Virus record (IMG/VR): IMGVR_UViG_3300028423_001161
Coordinates: 16,668 to 80,667 of that record
Origin: a virus
DNA: 64,000 nucleotides
Strand: one strand, 5' to 3'
The number at the start of each line of letters is the position of its first letter. Position 1 is the first letter of the stretch. Below the pieces are notes generated by a model. That model worked only from the letters and a program-made list of their open reading frames with translations. It made no database searches and had not been told where the DNA came from. Both the position numbers and the translations under genes were made by a program. Positions 8,633 through 18,472 of the stretch are shown here, in pieces.

Positions 8633-9772
8633 TTACTGGAAGCTCACGTTTGACAATGAGATTGCATCAACGTAGTCTGCTGCGTTACCCAGCGAGCTAG
8701 CTGTGTTGGTCAATTCTTTAAAACCATAACGTGTCATAAAGCTGACCACTGGCTCGAATGTAGCAGGATCCATCACAGGACCTGTGCTCATCAGTGGGAT
8801 ATATGGGCAGTAGAACGCAGGAGCATCTGTCTCAGATGAACCTTTGTAGCCGACCAATACTTTGGTACCGTCTGCTGCATAGTTGTCAACAAACACACGG
8901 ATGGTGCCGTTCAATGTACCTGCAAACTTGGTGTTTGTGGGTGCTTCGAACGAACCTTCTGTGGTGCGAGCAAAAGTTGAAGTGCTTGCGCTCTGCAGGA
9001 TTGTCAGTGCTTCTGGTGAAACCACAACGTAGTTACCAGCGCCACGACGTGTGCGAGCTGCAATGCGGTTAGCGGCACGGTTGATCTCAATAGCGAGAGC
9101 TGCGTGACGGTCACCAACAAATACACTCTGTCCTGACAGATTGTCAAAGTCCAGGCTTGTGCCTGCACCGGCCAAGTTACGCAGTGAGCCAATGATTTCT
9201 TGGTCAATTTCCACAACGATTTCTTGTGCTAGTGCTTGCATGATTTCTGCTTCAACGTCTAGGCCGTGCATTGCTTCTGCATCTTGTGCAGCTTCAAATG
9301 TCCAGCGTGCGCTCAAGCGTCTGGTTTTTGCTTCAACTGTTTCCTTCAAGATTTGAATGCTCATTTTGTTACCTGGCTGACCTTCAGCTGATGCTGTAGC
9401 ATCTGGTGAACCTGCATAACTCTGAGCCAACTTGAATGGGCTTAGTGCTTCTTCGCCTGCCACTGCGCCGTCAGCTGTATCAGCATAACGCACACGCAAT
9501 GTGTGGATTTGACCAACAGGACCAGTCATTGGCTGTACGCCGACCAGTTCGTTAGCAATCACCGACGGTAGTACACGTCGGATCAGGGGAAGCATTACTT
9601 TGTTTAATGTTGCGACTGAACCTGCACCAGTTGCACCTGTGCTTGCGGCCTCTGACAAATGACGCTTTGCGTTCTCGAGGACCACACCCATGGTTTCTTT
9701 GCGCTGACCGCTTAAACCTTCTGTCAGTGCTTCTTTGGTTGCGGACCAGTTGCTTTCAAATAGATTTGCCAT
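8633..9772 (-). CDS. gp23: Major capsid protein (T4 gp23-like)
   Basis: LIRRVLPSVIANELVGVQPMTGPVGQIHTLR, EAKTRRLSARWTFEAAQD, AFYCPYIPL, FMTRYG. Confidence 0.97.
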   Translation of the reverse strand: MANLFESNWSATKEALTEGLSGQRKETMGVVLENAKRHLSEAASTGATGAGSVATLNKVMLPLIRRVLPSVIANELVGVQPMTGPVGQIHTLRVRYADTADGAVAGEEALSPFKLAQSYAGSPDATASAEGQPGNKMSIQILKETVEAKTRRLSARWTFEAAQDAEAMHGLDVEAEIMQALAQEIVVEIDQEIIGSLRNLAGAGTSLDFDNLSGQSVFVGDRHAALAIEINRAANRIAARTRRGAGNYVVVSPEALTILQSASTSTFARTTEGSFEAPTNTKFAGTLNGTIRVFVDNYAADGTKVLVGYKGSSETDAPAFYCPYIPLMSTGPVMDPATFEPVVSFMTRYGFKELTNTASSLGNAADYVDAISLSNVSFQ

Positions 9773-9785
9773 TTCTTAACTCCTA

Positions 9786-10901
9786 TTATTTTGAAAGTCC
9801 GGCTAATTTACGGATTGTGTCGATTTCAACAACACTTTCCGTGTTGTCATTGGCTTCTGCTTTCACAGATGCCTTCTTATTACCAGTGTGTTCTTTTGTC
9901 ACTGATTCCTTGATTACATGCTTCTTTGGTCTGGGTGCTTCTTCATTCAAAACTGAGGGAAGATACTTGTTGAATGCTTCTTCCAGTTTTTCAGTTTTCA
10001 CACTTTCCAACAAATCGCACATAACTTCTTTTTTGTCTTTGCCCAGTGGTTGCATCAAAGTGTCGAGCTTCTCTTTGCGAGAATAACGATCCTCTGCTAC
10101 ACTTGCCTTGCTTTCTGCCAGTTGGATTGCTTCATCACGTTGTGCAATCTGTTCTTGTGCTTCTGCAAGACGTTTCTCCATTGAGGCCAGTGTCTTTTGT
10201 ACTTTGCGAATTTCTTTGGCTTCGTTGAGATAACTGCTGTTATACTCAGCTGCAAAAGCCTCAAAAAGACGTCTACCAAAGTCATTTTCTCGTGCTGCTG
10301 TGATGTCTTGTCTAAATGAGCTGACTTCTTCACTGATAATACCGTTGACAACTTTTTCAACTCGTTTGGCGGCATTTTTCACGAAGTCCTTTTTCGTTTC
10401 AGCTAGCTGACGCTTGCCTTCGCGAACCATTTTGACTTTCTGCTCTACCAGTGCTTGCTTGTCCTCATGGAACTCTTTGAGCTCTTCTGCCAGCTGAGTT
10501 GCAACAAAATCATCCAATTTTGCTACATGCTCGTTGACACGAGAACGATCGGCACGCAGTTCTTGAATCTCTTTGGCCACTGATTCTGTGACAAAGCGAT
10601 CCAGGACTTGGGCATGTTTTTTCATAGCGGTACGATACTTAACTGCCTGTTCTGCGAGTGACTTCTTGTCTTCAGCTAGTTCTGCCATCTCAGCTGACAA
10701 ACGCTCTGAAATGAAACTGTCCACTGCTTCTGCAATGAGACCTTTGTCATGTTCATAGCGTTGTGCAAACTCCTCACGAAGTTCTGCTGTGATTTCTTCA
10801 CGTGCTTCTGACAACTGTGACTCCCAGGCTTCTTGAAGGCTTGTGCGAGCCTCTTGTGAAAGACCTGCACCTTCAAGTAGTTCGTTAAATGTAACTGCCA
10901 T
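9786..10901 (-). CDS. gp22: Prohead core scaffold protein (gp22-like)
   Basis: Coiled-coil, E/K-rich protein lying between the protease and capsid genes. Confidence 0.8.
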   Translation of the reverse strand: MAVTFNELLEGAGLSQEARTSLQEAWESQLSEAREEITAELREEFAQRYEHDKGLIAEAVDSFISERLSAEMAELAEDKKSLAEQAVKYRTAMKKHAQVLDRFVTESVAKEIQELRADRSRVNEHVAKLDDFVATQLAEELKEFHEDKQALVEQKVKMVREGKRQLAETKKDFVKNAAKRVEKVVNGIISEEVSSFRQDITAARENDFGRRLFEAFAAEYNSSYLNEAKEIRKVQKTLASMEKRLAEAQEQIAQRDEAIQLAESKASVAEDRYSRKEKLDTLMQPLGKDKKEVMCDLLESVKTEKLEEAFNKYLPSVLNEEAPRPKKHVIKESVTKEHTGNKKASVKAEANDNTESVVEIDTIRKLAGLSK

Positions 10902-10914
10902 AGTAGTCTCCTAC

Positions 10915-11541
10915 TTACCTTTTGTTAAGTTCGTTGATAAACTCAGCAATAGAGCTTACCAAATGCTTTTCTGCATTTCTGTCGTGTGTTACGTCAGCGG
11001 CTAACCTGTGAATGGCTTCGCCGCCACGCATGTTAAACAAACTCTCATAGATGGTCTTAGGATAAGCATCTGGAGCACTGGGCTGGGCCACAATGTCCAC
11101 AGTTACAATATCAAATTCCGATACACGACCAGAATCATCAACATTGCCACTGCCACGACTACTTACACCCAGTTTTGCTCCGGCTTTTAGCAAGCTACGA
11201 GCAATGTTACCCATGGGAGTATCTATGATTTTGAGTTTTCCTACTCCGTCTGTGCCATTGCACTGCATGTCAGTGATGATATGGCTCACACGGTCAAGGT
11301 TGATCTGAAGCTCTTCTGGATGGTCTAGTTCGCCCAAAACAGTTTCGCCTTTGGTCAACCGTGATGTTACGCTTTCAACAGCACGCTTGATCTCTGTGGT
11401 GGGGTATACCCGACCATTTTGATTCTTTACATCACCTTGGATAAAAAGCCCTGCCATAAACAGGTCTTTGCCATCCTCGCTTTCCATGAGCTTGAGACCT
11501 GCATGGTCTGGGCTCATATATTCGTAAAGTTTACGTGCCAT
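10915..11541 (-). CDS. gp21: Prohead protease (gp21-like)
   Basis: KNQNGRVYP, LGELDHP, LGVSSRGSG, DIVAQPSAPDA. Confidence 0.95.
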   Translation of the reverse strand: MARKLYEYMSPDHAGLKLMESEDGKDLFMAGLFIQGDVKNQNGRVYPTTEIKRAVESVTSRLTKGETVLGELDHPEELQINLDRVSHIITDMQCNGTDGVGKLKIIDTPMGNIARSLLKAGAKLGVSSRGSGNVDDSGRVSEFDIVTVDIVAQPSAPDAYPKTIYESLFNMRGGEAIHRLAADVTHDRNAEKHLVSSIAEFINELNKR

Positions 11542-11567
11542 TTTATTTTACCTCACTTACTTACAAG

Positions 11568-12434
11568 TCACTTAGGACGCTTGCTCAACGGGCTCTTGCT
11601 GTTGCTGCCATCGGCATTTGATTTGCCGTCTTTGGCAGCAGGAGCTTTCTTGTGATCAACGTCAATGTTGTTGTCTGTGGGGTCCTGTTCTTTGGCTTCG
11701 GCGCCGTGGTTTTTCTTGCCTTCTGAGCCATCCTTGGCTTTCACAGGCGAACCTTGGCTGCTAACACTGCTGTGCTTGGGTGCTTTGGTGAAAGGTGATT
11801 CACCTTCTGCATCGCCTGCACCGCCCTTGGGCTCAGGCACTTTGTCTTGCAGAGCAGTTGCTTCTTCGAGATCTTCCATTTCGTCGAGATCGTATTCAAC
11901 TGAATCCATCATCTCGTCTTCCATGTCGTCATCTGCATCCATGTCCATGTCCATGTCCATGCTGTCTGCGTCAACATCCATGTCCATGTCGTCCATGTCA
12001 CCGTCTTGCGCTGAAATTAGTGATTCCAGTTCACGGCGCAGATCTTCTAAATCAGCTTCCATGTCCTCGACTTTGTCTTCGATGTCTTCATCAGCATCAG
12101 CGTCGGCATCAGCATCGGCATCCATGTCCATGTCCATGCTATCTGCATCTGCGTCAGCATCCATGTCCATGTCGTCCAGGTCTACTGACTCTTCGTCATC
12201 TTCCTCAGCTTCAACTGTGTCTTGGTGAATTTCTTCTTCGTCATCTGTGATTTCTTTTTCGAAATCCTTGGACTTGCTGTCTCGATGGATATCTTCTTCT
12301 ACTTCGTCTGACTCGTCAAGCACGCGCTCGTATTCAGCACGAGCTTTAGCTACTACATATTCATGTAGGAGCTCTTCGGCTTTTTCCGTGTCTTCTGCAA
12401 GAAGGAGTTCGAGAATCTGTTCTAGATTTGACAT
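11568..12434 (-). CDS. Highly acidic prohead core/internal protein (gp67/gp68 position)
   Basis: Very D/E-rich 288-aa protein between portal and protease genes; AGGAG RBS. Confidence 0.65.
   Translation of the reverse strand: MSNLEQILELLLAEDTEKAEELLHEYVVAKARAEYERVLDESDEVEEDIHRDSKSKDFEKEITDDEEEIHQDTVEAEEDDEESVDLDDMDMDADADADSMDMDMDADADADADADEDIEDKVEDMEADLEDLRRELESLISAQDGDMDDMDMDVDADSMDMDMDMDADDDMEDEMMDSVEYDLDEMEDLEEATALQDKVPEPKGGAGDAEGESPFTKAPKHSSVSSQGSPVKAKDGSEGKKNHGAEAKEQDPTDNNIDVDHKKAPAAKDGKSNADGSNSKSPLSKRPK
11930..12180 (-). repeat. Hexamer tandem repeats encoding (DM)n/(DA)n
   Basis: Runs of GACATG and GATGCN encode DMDMDADADADSMDMDMDADADADAD and a second similar block. Confidence 0.85.
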
Positions 12435-12492
12435 TGTGGCTCTCCTAAACTCTTGAGTATTTTTTTAAGGCGCTATTGCCTTATACACTTTT

Positions 12493-12500
12493 TACTTATA
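12493..12500 (-). promoter_or_regulatory. Late promoter variant TATAAGTA for the head operon
   Basis: One mismatch to TATAAATA; upstream of the 12434 start. Confidence 0.55.
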
Positions 12501-12619
12501 GGAGATAGCTGAAATCACCGCGAAAACGGCGATTTTTTGGTCAAAAATTGCTTAGTTCTATTTAGTTTGGGTCAAACACTGCAAAAAACAGTGTTTTAAT
12601 ATAATTTTTCTGTAACAAT

Positions 12620-12808
12620 CTACTCAGCGGGCATACCGTACATGCTGCTCACAAACTCGTCATGTTCGAGCTCTTCTGCACGCTTGATGTCACGGTATTT
12701 TCTCAGTTTGTTGAGCTGTTGCAGTGTGAGCACTGGTTTGCGTGTGTCTGATTCACTGCGTTGTGTGTATTGATCATGTTCTGGATCATAGAATTCTCTG
12801 AGTCTCAT
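12620..12808 (-). CDS. Small hypothetical head-module protein
   Basis: ATG overlaps the portal stop (TGATG). Sequence MRLREFY...TRKPVLTLQQLNKLRKYR...MYG. Confidence 0.75.
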   Translation of the reverse strand: MRLREFYDPEHDQYTQRSESDTRKPVLTLQQLNKLRKYRDIKRAEELEHDEFVSSMYGMPAE

Positions 12809-14511
12809 CAAAGTTCTCCTGGTTCTTCGCCGCCTGGACTTTCAGCATCTCCTAGGTCGTCTGCTCCACCTAGGTCTTCTATGCCGCCAAGATCAGCTTC
12901 GCCGCTGATGTCGCCTTCCGGAGAAGGACGAATGCCCATGCTGCCTAGACCCGGCATGTCACTGTCGGGCATGGTGCTGGGTTTTTGCTGTTTGTTTTCT
13001 TTGCGCCACAGTTCTTCGTTTCTGCGAATCTCGTCCTCTGTGAGGCCTAGATACTTTTCTAGTTTGAACTGGTTGCTCATGAACGGAATTCCTTGCACTT
13101 GCCCAAACAGTTGTGCACGTTCTGTTTCCAGTTGTAGTTCACGATAACTGCTGAAGTTCATAGGCTTGTTGAATTCTATGTAGAAATTACCGCTGTCCAC
13201 TTCGATGCCTCGGTTTTTCAAAAACATCTTGAACTCATGATCCAGTTCTTCTTGCACTTGCCTCTGGAGGCGCTCAATGTATTTGGCAAAACGAAACTCT
13301 TGGATATAGGCAACTCCCACTTTGCCGTCATTGTACACAGCTGAGCCGTCCTCGGGTCCCGTGGGCAAGTAACTGCTGGGCACACGCAGACCGCGCATCA
13401 GGCGGTTGTTGAAGTATCTGAGATCATCAATTTGACCTAGGTTTTCACCGCCGGGCAGTGTGTCCACTTTGCTGCCGCGTCCGTCTGCTGTTTGTGCAAA
13501 GAAGTAATCTTCCAACATGCTCATGGGGTTATAGGCACTGTCAGCAATGGCATTGCCGTCTTTGTTTTTGTTGGGAATACGCTTTTGTTGTACTTCGTAT
13601 TTGACCTGCTCCAGATACTGACGTGCCTTGTGTGGGGGCATGTTGCCCACATCAATGAAAAACACACGGCGTTCCGGTGCGCGGTGCACACGATAGATGA
13701 TAATTGAATCTTCTAGTAGCTCTTTCTGCTTGAATAGTTTGAACACTGGTTCTAGGATGCTCACGCCAAATGGCCACACATTGTCCATGCCTTCTGTGAG
13801 GCTGATATGCACTATGTGTTCTGCAGGCACAGGAATACCCTGTTCAACACCGTCATCACCGCCAGTGATCCAGGTGCTGCCTTGTTTGGTGTTCACAGGA
13901 CTCATGATGCCTGTGATGCCTTGTCCTGCGCCAAAAGGTCTGCCGTGGATGTGAGACACCTCTGAAGCGACCTGCTCCTGCAGATTCAGTGAGAGCTCTT
14001 TGACGAAATAGGCTTCAATTTTTTTGCCTTCGCTTTCATTGACAATGACTTTTTCCACATTGGCAGGATCTACCCAGTACAGCTCGTAGGTTTCAGGATC
14101 TCTGATAAAAATCTGATCACCGTACTTGCAGGTGTTGCGAAAAATGCGAAATGCACGTTTGTGCAGCTTGTTGAGCTTGCACCACTGATACAGTGAACGC
14201 GAGAGAATTTTGCTTTCTGTGTCGGAAGGGTCTTCGGCATACTCTAGGTGAAAAGGCAAGCCTGTGCCTTCATCTTCCTGGGTGCCGAACTCAGCAATGG
14301 TATCAAGTGCAGCATTGATCTCTGAGTCACCGTCCATGTTGTCATACTGCTGATAGCGTATGAGTCTGTTGGGCGAACCTGCATATACCTCAGGCAACCA
14401 GCTGGCATAGCGGCTGCTGGATGCTCCTGCACCGTCCACAGATGATGTTCCTTGGAGATTCAGTGGCAAACCACTGTTGTCTACTGGTGAAAAATGCTTG
14501 CGCCAGCTCAT
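12808..14511 (-). CDS. gp20: Portal vertex protein (gp20-like)
   Basis: LLEDSIIIYRVHRAPERRVFFIDVGNMP, MSMLEDYFF, GRGSKVDTLPGGENLGQIDDLRYF. Confidence 0.97.
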   Translation of the reverse strand: MSWRKHFSPVDNSGLPLNLQGTSSVDGAGASSSRYASWLPEVYAGSPNRLIRYQQYDNMDGDSEINAALDTIAEFGTQEDEGTGLPFHLEYAEDPSDTESKILSRSLYQWCKLNKLHKRAFRIFRNTCKYGDQIFIRDPETYELYWVDPANVEKVIVNESEGKKIEAYFVKELSLNLQEQVASEVSHIHGRPFGAGQGITGIMSPVNTKQGSTWITGGDDGVEQGIPVPAEHIVHISLTEGMDNVWPFGVSILEPVFKLFKQKELLEDSIIIYRVHRAPERRVFFIDVGNMPPHKARQYLEQVKYEVQQKRIPNKNKDGNAIADSAYNPMSMLEDYFFAQTADGRGSKVDTLPGGENLGQIDDLRYFNNRLMRGLRVPSSYLPTGPEDGSAVYNDGKVGVAYIQEFRFAKYIERLQRQVQEELDHEFKMFLKNRGIEVDSGNFYIEFNKPMNFSSYRELQLETERAQLFGQVQGIPFMSNQFKLEKYLGLTEDEIRRNEELWRKENKQQKPSTMPDSDMPGLGSMGIRPSPEGDISGEADLGGIEDLGGADDLGDAESPGGEEPGEL

Positions 14512-14539
14512 AGTATTCCTATATAGTGAAACTTGCTAT

Positions 14540-14547
14540 TATTTATC
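14540..14547 (-). promoter_or_regulatory. Late promoter GATAAATA
   Basis: Exact motif upstream of the portal gene. Confidence 0.75.
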
Positions 14548-14565
14548 CAATCCCACCAACAGCAA

Positions 14566-17526
14566 CTAACTATCTCGAACAGTGTCTGTGAGTTCTCGAA
14601 TCAATCTATTGGTTTTGTCTGAGCTCATGGCAATGCTGGCAAGTATTTCCTGCTGTGTTTTGTCTGTGCCACCTGCAGTTTGATTGGCAGTTTGTGCGGT
14701 AGTTTCTGTGGCCTGTGCGTTTTCCAGCTGTGGTGCAGGTGCATTTGCTCCGCCGCCTACAAGGTTCACACCGTATTCCACGATGCTTTGACCAGCACGC
14801 ACTAGACCTTGGCCAATGCGCTCTGCTATGCCTTCTTCGTCGGGTTCAACACTGCGATTGACTGCTTCGATGGCTCTGGCACTGGCAAACATTGCATCAC
14901 TGTCAAGGTCAGCAAATTTCTGGTAGACTTCTGCTATTTTATCCATGCTGAGTGCTGTTGCAGTGATGCCTTCAGCATTCATTGAGCCTATTCTCTCAAA
15001 CAGATTCAACTGTTGGCTCTGTTTGTCTAGGTCTGCACCGCTGTCACCAAATAGACCATCTCTGCCCACTGTGCCACTGAACTCAGATAGGCTGTTTGTG
15101 ATCTCTCCTATGGCCTGAGAGATGCTGACTATGTTTTCAGTGGGTATTGCACTGAGTCTTTCCACAACATCTGCTTGAGCTTCCAGCTTGATGGCTTCTG
15201 ACTCTGCGCCTGCTGTTTTGATCTTGCTTACTGCTTCTGCTATTCCCTCTGCCACTGAAGCAATGCTAGTGCCGATGCTTTCCACATAAGAGCCCACACC
15301 TTCAAACACAGTCTTGATTGCATTGCCAACATTGCTGATCACAGTGCCAATGCCTTCCAGTGTGCTCTTGAACGCTTCTCCGAATGCTTCGATGCCAGGT
15401 GCAGCCACTCTCACTGCTAGTGCTATGCCATTGATGGCCACTGTGACAGCAGCAAGTCCTGCCAGAGCTGCAGGATTAGCAAATGCTCTTAGGCCTACTG
15501 CTAGGCGTTTGAGACCAGCACCTATTCCGCGTATCATGCCTCCGCCAGCTCTGCTTCCTGCTGTGGCCACTGTGCTTGCAGTGCTTGACGCAGCGTTGGC
15601 GCCTGCACCTGCGGCCACTTTAGCAAGCACTATTGGTGCTGCCGCTGCCATCAGTGCTTTAACACCCACTACGCTTAGAACTCCTAGTGCAATAGCACTC
15701 CAGTTGAGGCCATCTATCTGTGTTCTAGTCTCACCTGTTTCAGAATCCTTTACCTGTTTGGTGTCTACAAACATGCCAAACACTTTCATCAGTCCGCTGC
15801 CAATAGCAGACAGTATTTGGAATGCACTTTTCAAACCGTCAATGAAGCTTTTCACGCTTTCCTTGAACTGGTCAACATCAAAATCTTCAATGAACTGAAC
15901 TACTCTATCAGTGAGTGTGCTGAGTTGTTCATCGGCAAAAACTCTTATTTTGTCTGCCAAGCTGGCAGTGGCATCGCCTGTGTCAAACAGTCTGGTGAAC
16001 AAGCCCTGTGGACCTGTGAGTGCTGTGCCCACTGCAGACACACTGTTCATCAAGGACTGTAACACACTGTTTACACCTTCGCTGTCTTCTGTGAAAGCTT
16101 CAGCAAAGGCTTCCATAGGCCCGCTGAATGTGCCTGCTAGTCCTGTGAACAGTGATCCTAAACTGCCCTGCACCTGATTAAGTGCTTGATCAAAAGCCGC
16201 TGCGCCTTTGGCAAGACCTTCGACGTCAAAATCTTGACCGAGATTTTCTTCCAGATTGCGTGCGGCTGTTCTCAGTTGTGCCAGGCTCAAGGCCAGTGCT
16301 TCGCCTTGTGCACCCTGCATGGCCAATGTGGCCTGGAGTTCTTGAAAATCTGCACCGCTGAGACTGCTGGCTGCTTCCATGAACTCTTCATCGAGATTGT
16401 TGAGCATTCTCTGTGCGGCCTGAGGATCAGTTTTGCTGAGCTCGTTGGCAGCACGCACAGTTTCATTGATAGCTGTGCCTGCTTTGCTGTCCAGCACTGC
16501 CACAGCACTGAACAACTCTGCAGTGGCATCTGATCCAAATGCCACCACTTCGGTGGCAGCGGCGCCAATGGTGTTGATGAGAGTTTGGTCAAGACCTGCA
16601 GCAGATAGATCACCAAGTGCTCTCTCTATGCCTCGTGTGAAATCTCTGGCTGCTTCAGGATCCAGTTGAGCTGCAATGCTCTGTATTCTCAGTGCGGCTT
16701 GCGCATTGCTGGTGAGTGTTTCTTCGCTGGCTCCTCTGATGTCGTCAATGCTTTTGCCTAAAAGAGTTGTGGCTTCAAGCTGTTGATCAAAGAGGTCAGC
16801 ACTGCGCTTGGCGGCACGGTTTGCATCCAATTCGTTGAGTATGCCCAATCTCTGTCTGCGATCAAGATCTTCGGCCAGTATATCGCTGGCTTCCGACATG
16901 GTCATACCAAATTCTGAACCAAAGTTGCTGGCTGTGGCAAATGCACTCTGCAGTTCTCCAAAGCTCTGCTTGCCCACTGTCTGCACCACATTGCTGTAGC
17001 CTGCCAATAGGTTTGCTGCTTGCTTGGCATTGAGTCCTAGTTGACGCACATTGGAGAGTGCATCAATGGCTGAACCGCCTGCATCTGTGAAGCCAACACC
17101 AACCTGCGTGAGTTCGCCTAGTGTGCTACCCACATTGAGCACAGAACTCTTGAGAATGCCAAATGCAGTGATCACCCCAGGCACTGCTTTCTTGCCTAGA
17201 CTCATTAGACCTTGAGACGCTATCACCGTGGTTTCGCCTAGGTCTCTGGCAAAGCGGCCTCCGGCTGTGTCTTTCTCCACAGTGTCAATGAGTTCTTTGA
17301 AGTTTTCTGCTTGTTTTTTGCGAAACTCTTGTGTTTGTGCTTGCTCGTCTTTGTCTTGTTTGGTTTGTTCTTTGGCGTCATCAAGTTGTTTTTCATAGAT
17401 GGCCATGGCTTCTTTGTTGCTGCCCAGCTGAGCCTCCATGATTTTTAGCATTTCCTGGCTGGTGCTCTCCAATGCAAAATTGGGCACATCAACAAAGTTG
17501 CCGTCAGGTAGTTGTATTTCAGCCAT
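14566..17526 (-). CDS. Tape measure protein-like (functional gp29 analogue)
   Basis: 986 aa, A/G/L-rich and helical-looking, with hydrophobic segments (WSAIALGVLSVVGVKALMAAAAPIVL); divergent from the gp26-like gene. Confidence 0.75.
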   Translation of the reverse strand: MAEIQLPDGNFVDVPNFALESTSQEMLKIMEAQLGSNKEAMAIYEKQLDDAKEQTKQDKDEQAQTQEFRKKQAENFKELIDTVEKDTAGGRFARDLGETTVIASQGLMSLGKKAVPGVITAFGILKSSVLNVGSTLGELTQVGVGFTDAGGSAIDALSNVRQLGLNAKQAANLLAGYSNVVQTVGKQSFGELQSAFATASNFGSEFGMTMSEASDILAEDLDRRQRLGILNELDANRAAKRSADLFDQQLEATTLLGKSIDDIRGASEETLTSNAQAALRIQSIAAQLDPEAARDFTRGIERALGDLSAAGLDQTLINTIGAAATEVVAFGSDATAELFSAVAVLDSKAGTAINETVRAANELSKTDPQAAQRMLNNLDEEFMEAASSLSGADFQELQATLAMQGAQGEALALSLAQLRTAARNLEENLGQDFDVEGLAKGAAAFDQALNQVQGSLGSLFTGLAGTFSGPMEAFAEAFTEDSEGVNSVLQSLMNSVSAVGTALTGPQGLFTRLFDTGDATASLADKIRVFADEQLSTLTDRVVQFIEDFDVDQFKESVKSFIDGLKSAFQILSAIGSGLMKVFGMFVDTKQVKDSETGETRTQIDGLNWSAIALGVLSVVGVKALMAAAAPIVLAKVAAGAGANAASSTASTVATAGSRAGGGMIRGIGAGLKRLAVGLRAFANPAALAGLAAVTVAINGIALAVRVAAPGIEAFGEAFKSTLEGIGTVISNVGNAIKTVFEGVGSYVESIGTSIASVAEGIAEAVSKIKTAGAESEAIKLEAQADVVERLSAIPTENIVSISQAIGEITNSLSEFSGTVGRDGLFGDSGADLDKQSQQLNLFERIGSMNAEGITATALSMDKIAEVYQKFADLDSDAMFASARAIEAVNRSVEPDEEGIAERIGQGLVRAGQSIVEYGVNLVGGGANAPAPQLENAQATETTAQTANQTAGGTDKTQQEILASIAMSSDKTNRLIRELTDTVRDS

Positions 17527-17556
17527 CTGTGATCTCTAAAAACGGTGTTTTATGGT

Positions 17557-17564
17557 GATAAATA
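17557..17564 (+). promoter_or_regulatory. Late promoter GATAAATA for the gp26-like gene
   Basis: Exact motif. Confidence 0.7.
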
Positions 17565-17586
17565 TTGTTCACACATACACAAACAA

Positions 17587-17594
17587 TATTTATC
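17587..17594 (-). promoter_or_regulatory. Late promoter GATAAATA for the tape measure gene
   Basis: Exact motif on the minus strand. Confidence 0.7.
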
Positions 17595-17620
17595 TGTGCA
17601 ATTAACAGGAGTTTTTACAG

Positions 17621-18472
17621 ATGACAAACACACACAATCCACTCAGTGGATACTTTCGTTCTCCCAAGCTGTACACTCGTATTCCCACCATGGGTAGATT
17701 CTATGACCCAGACACACTGGAAATGCCAGAAACCGGCGAGTTGCCAGTGTTTGCCATGACAGCCAAGGACGAGATGATCATGAAGAACCCAGATGCACTG
17801 CTCAACGGCGAAGCTGTGGCACAGGTTATCCAGAGCTGTGTGCCAGCAGTGAAAAAGCCCAGGTCACTGATCAGCAACGATGTGGACACACTGTTGATTG
17901 CAATACAGGGTGCTACACAAGGCGACGACATTGAAGTTTCTGGCAAGTGCCCAACATGTGGCGCTGAAGATCGTGGCACAGTGAGTGCAGAAGGTATCCT
18001 AGAAACCATGACCACGCTAGAAGACTCATATACCTTTGACTTGCCCAATGGGTTGACCATTGAAATTCGTCCGTTCACCTATGAAAGCACAGTGAAAGCA
18101 GGTGTAGCCAATTTCAAAACCACACGCAGTCTGCAAAGTCTCACCAACATAGAAGATGAAATGGAACAGATGCGTGCATTCAATGAAAACTTTCAGCAGA
18201 TTGCAGCCTTGAATTTTGATCTTGTGGTAGACAGTGTGGGCAGTATTTCAGGCACAGACAGTGAAGGCGAAAGATTCATTGTCACAGATCGCAACAGCAT
18301 CCGCGAGTTCATGGAGAACACTGAGAGCTCTGTGGGCAAGCAGGTAGAAGAACGCATCAAAGAAGTCAATGCTGTGGGTGTGAACAAAACTGTGCAGTTG
18401 AACTGCGAAGAGCATGGTGAGTTTGAGCATGAGGTAGCGTTTGATCCTGTAAATTTTTCCACAGCTTCCTAG
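17621..18472 (+). CDS. gp26: Baseplate hub assembly chaperone (T4 gp26-like)
   Basis: MTAKDEMIMKNPDALLNG, LLIAIQGATQGD, CPTC and C-terminal CEEH...FDPVNF; AGGAG RBS. Confidence 0.75.
   Translation: MTNTHNPLSGYFRSPKLYTRIPTMGRFYDPDTLEMPETGELPVFAMTAKDEMIMKNPDALLNGEAVAQVIQSCVPAVKKPRSLISNDVDTLLIAIQGATQGDDIEVSGKCPTCGAEDRGTVSAEGILETMTTLEDSYTFDLPNGLTIEIRPFTYESTVKAGVANFKTTRSLQSLTNIEDEMEQMRAFNENFQQIAALNFDLVVDSVGSISGTDSEGERFIVTDRNSIREFMENTESSVGKQVEERIKEVNAVGVNKTVQLNCEEHGEFEHEVAFDPVNFSTAS
18451..18457 (+). other. Predicted -1 programmed ribosomal frameshift heptamer A_AAT_TTT
   Basis: X XXY YYZ heptamer in the correct phase, just upstream of the stop; the -1 frame is open for 78 codons. Confidence 0.65.

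Noticed and set aside
11930-12180. CRISPR-like array
   Set aside because: These are in-frame coding hexamer repeats without unique spacers.
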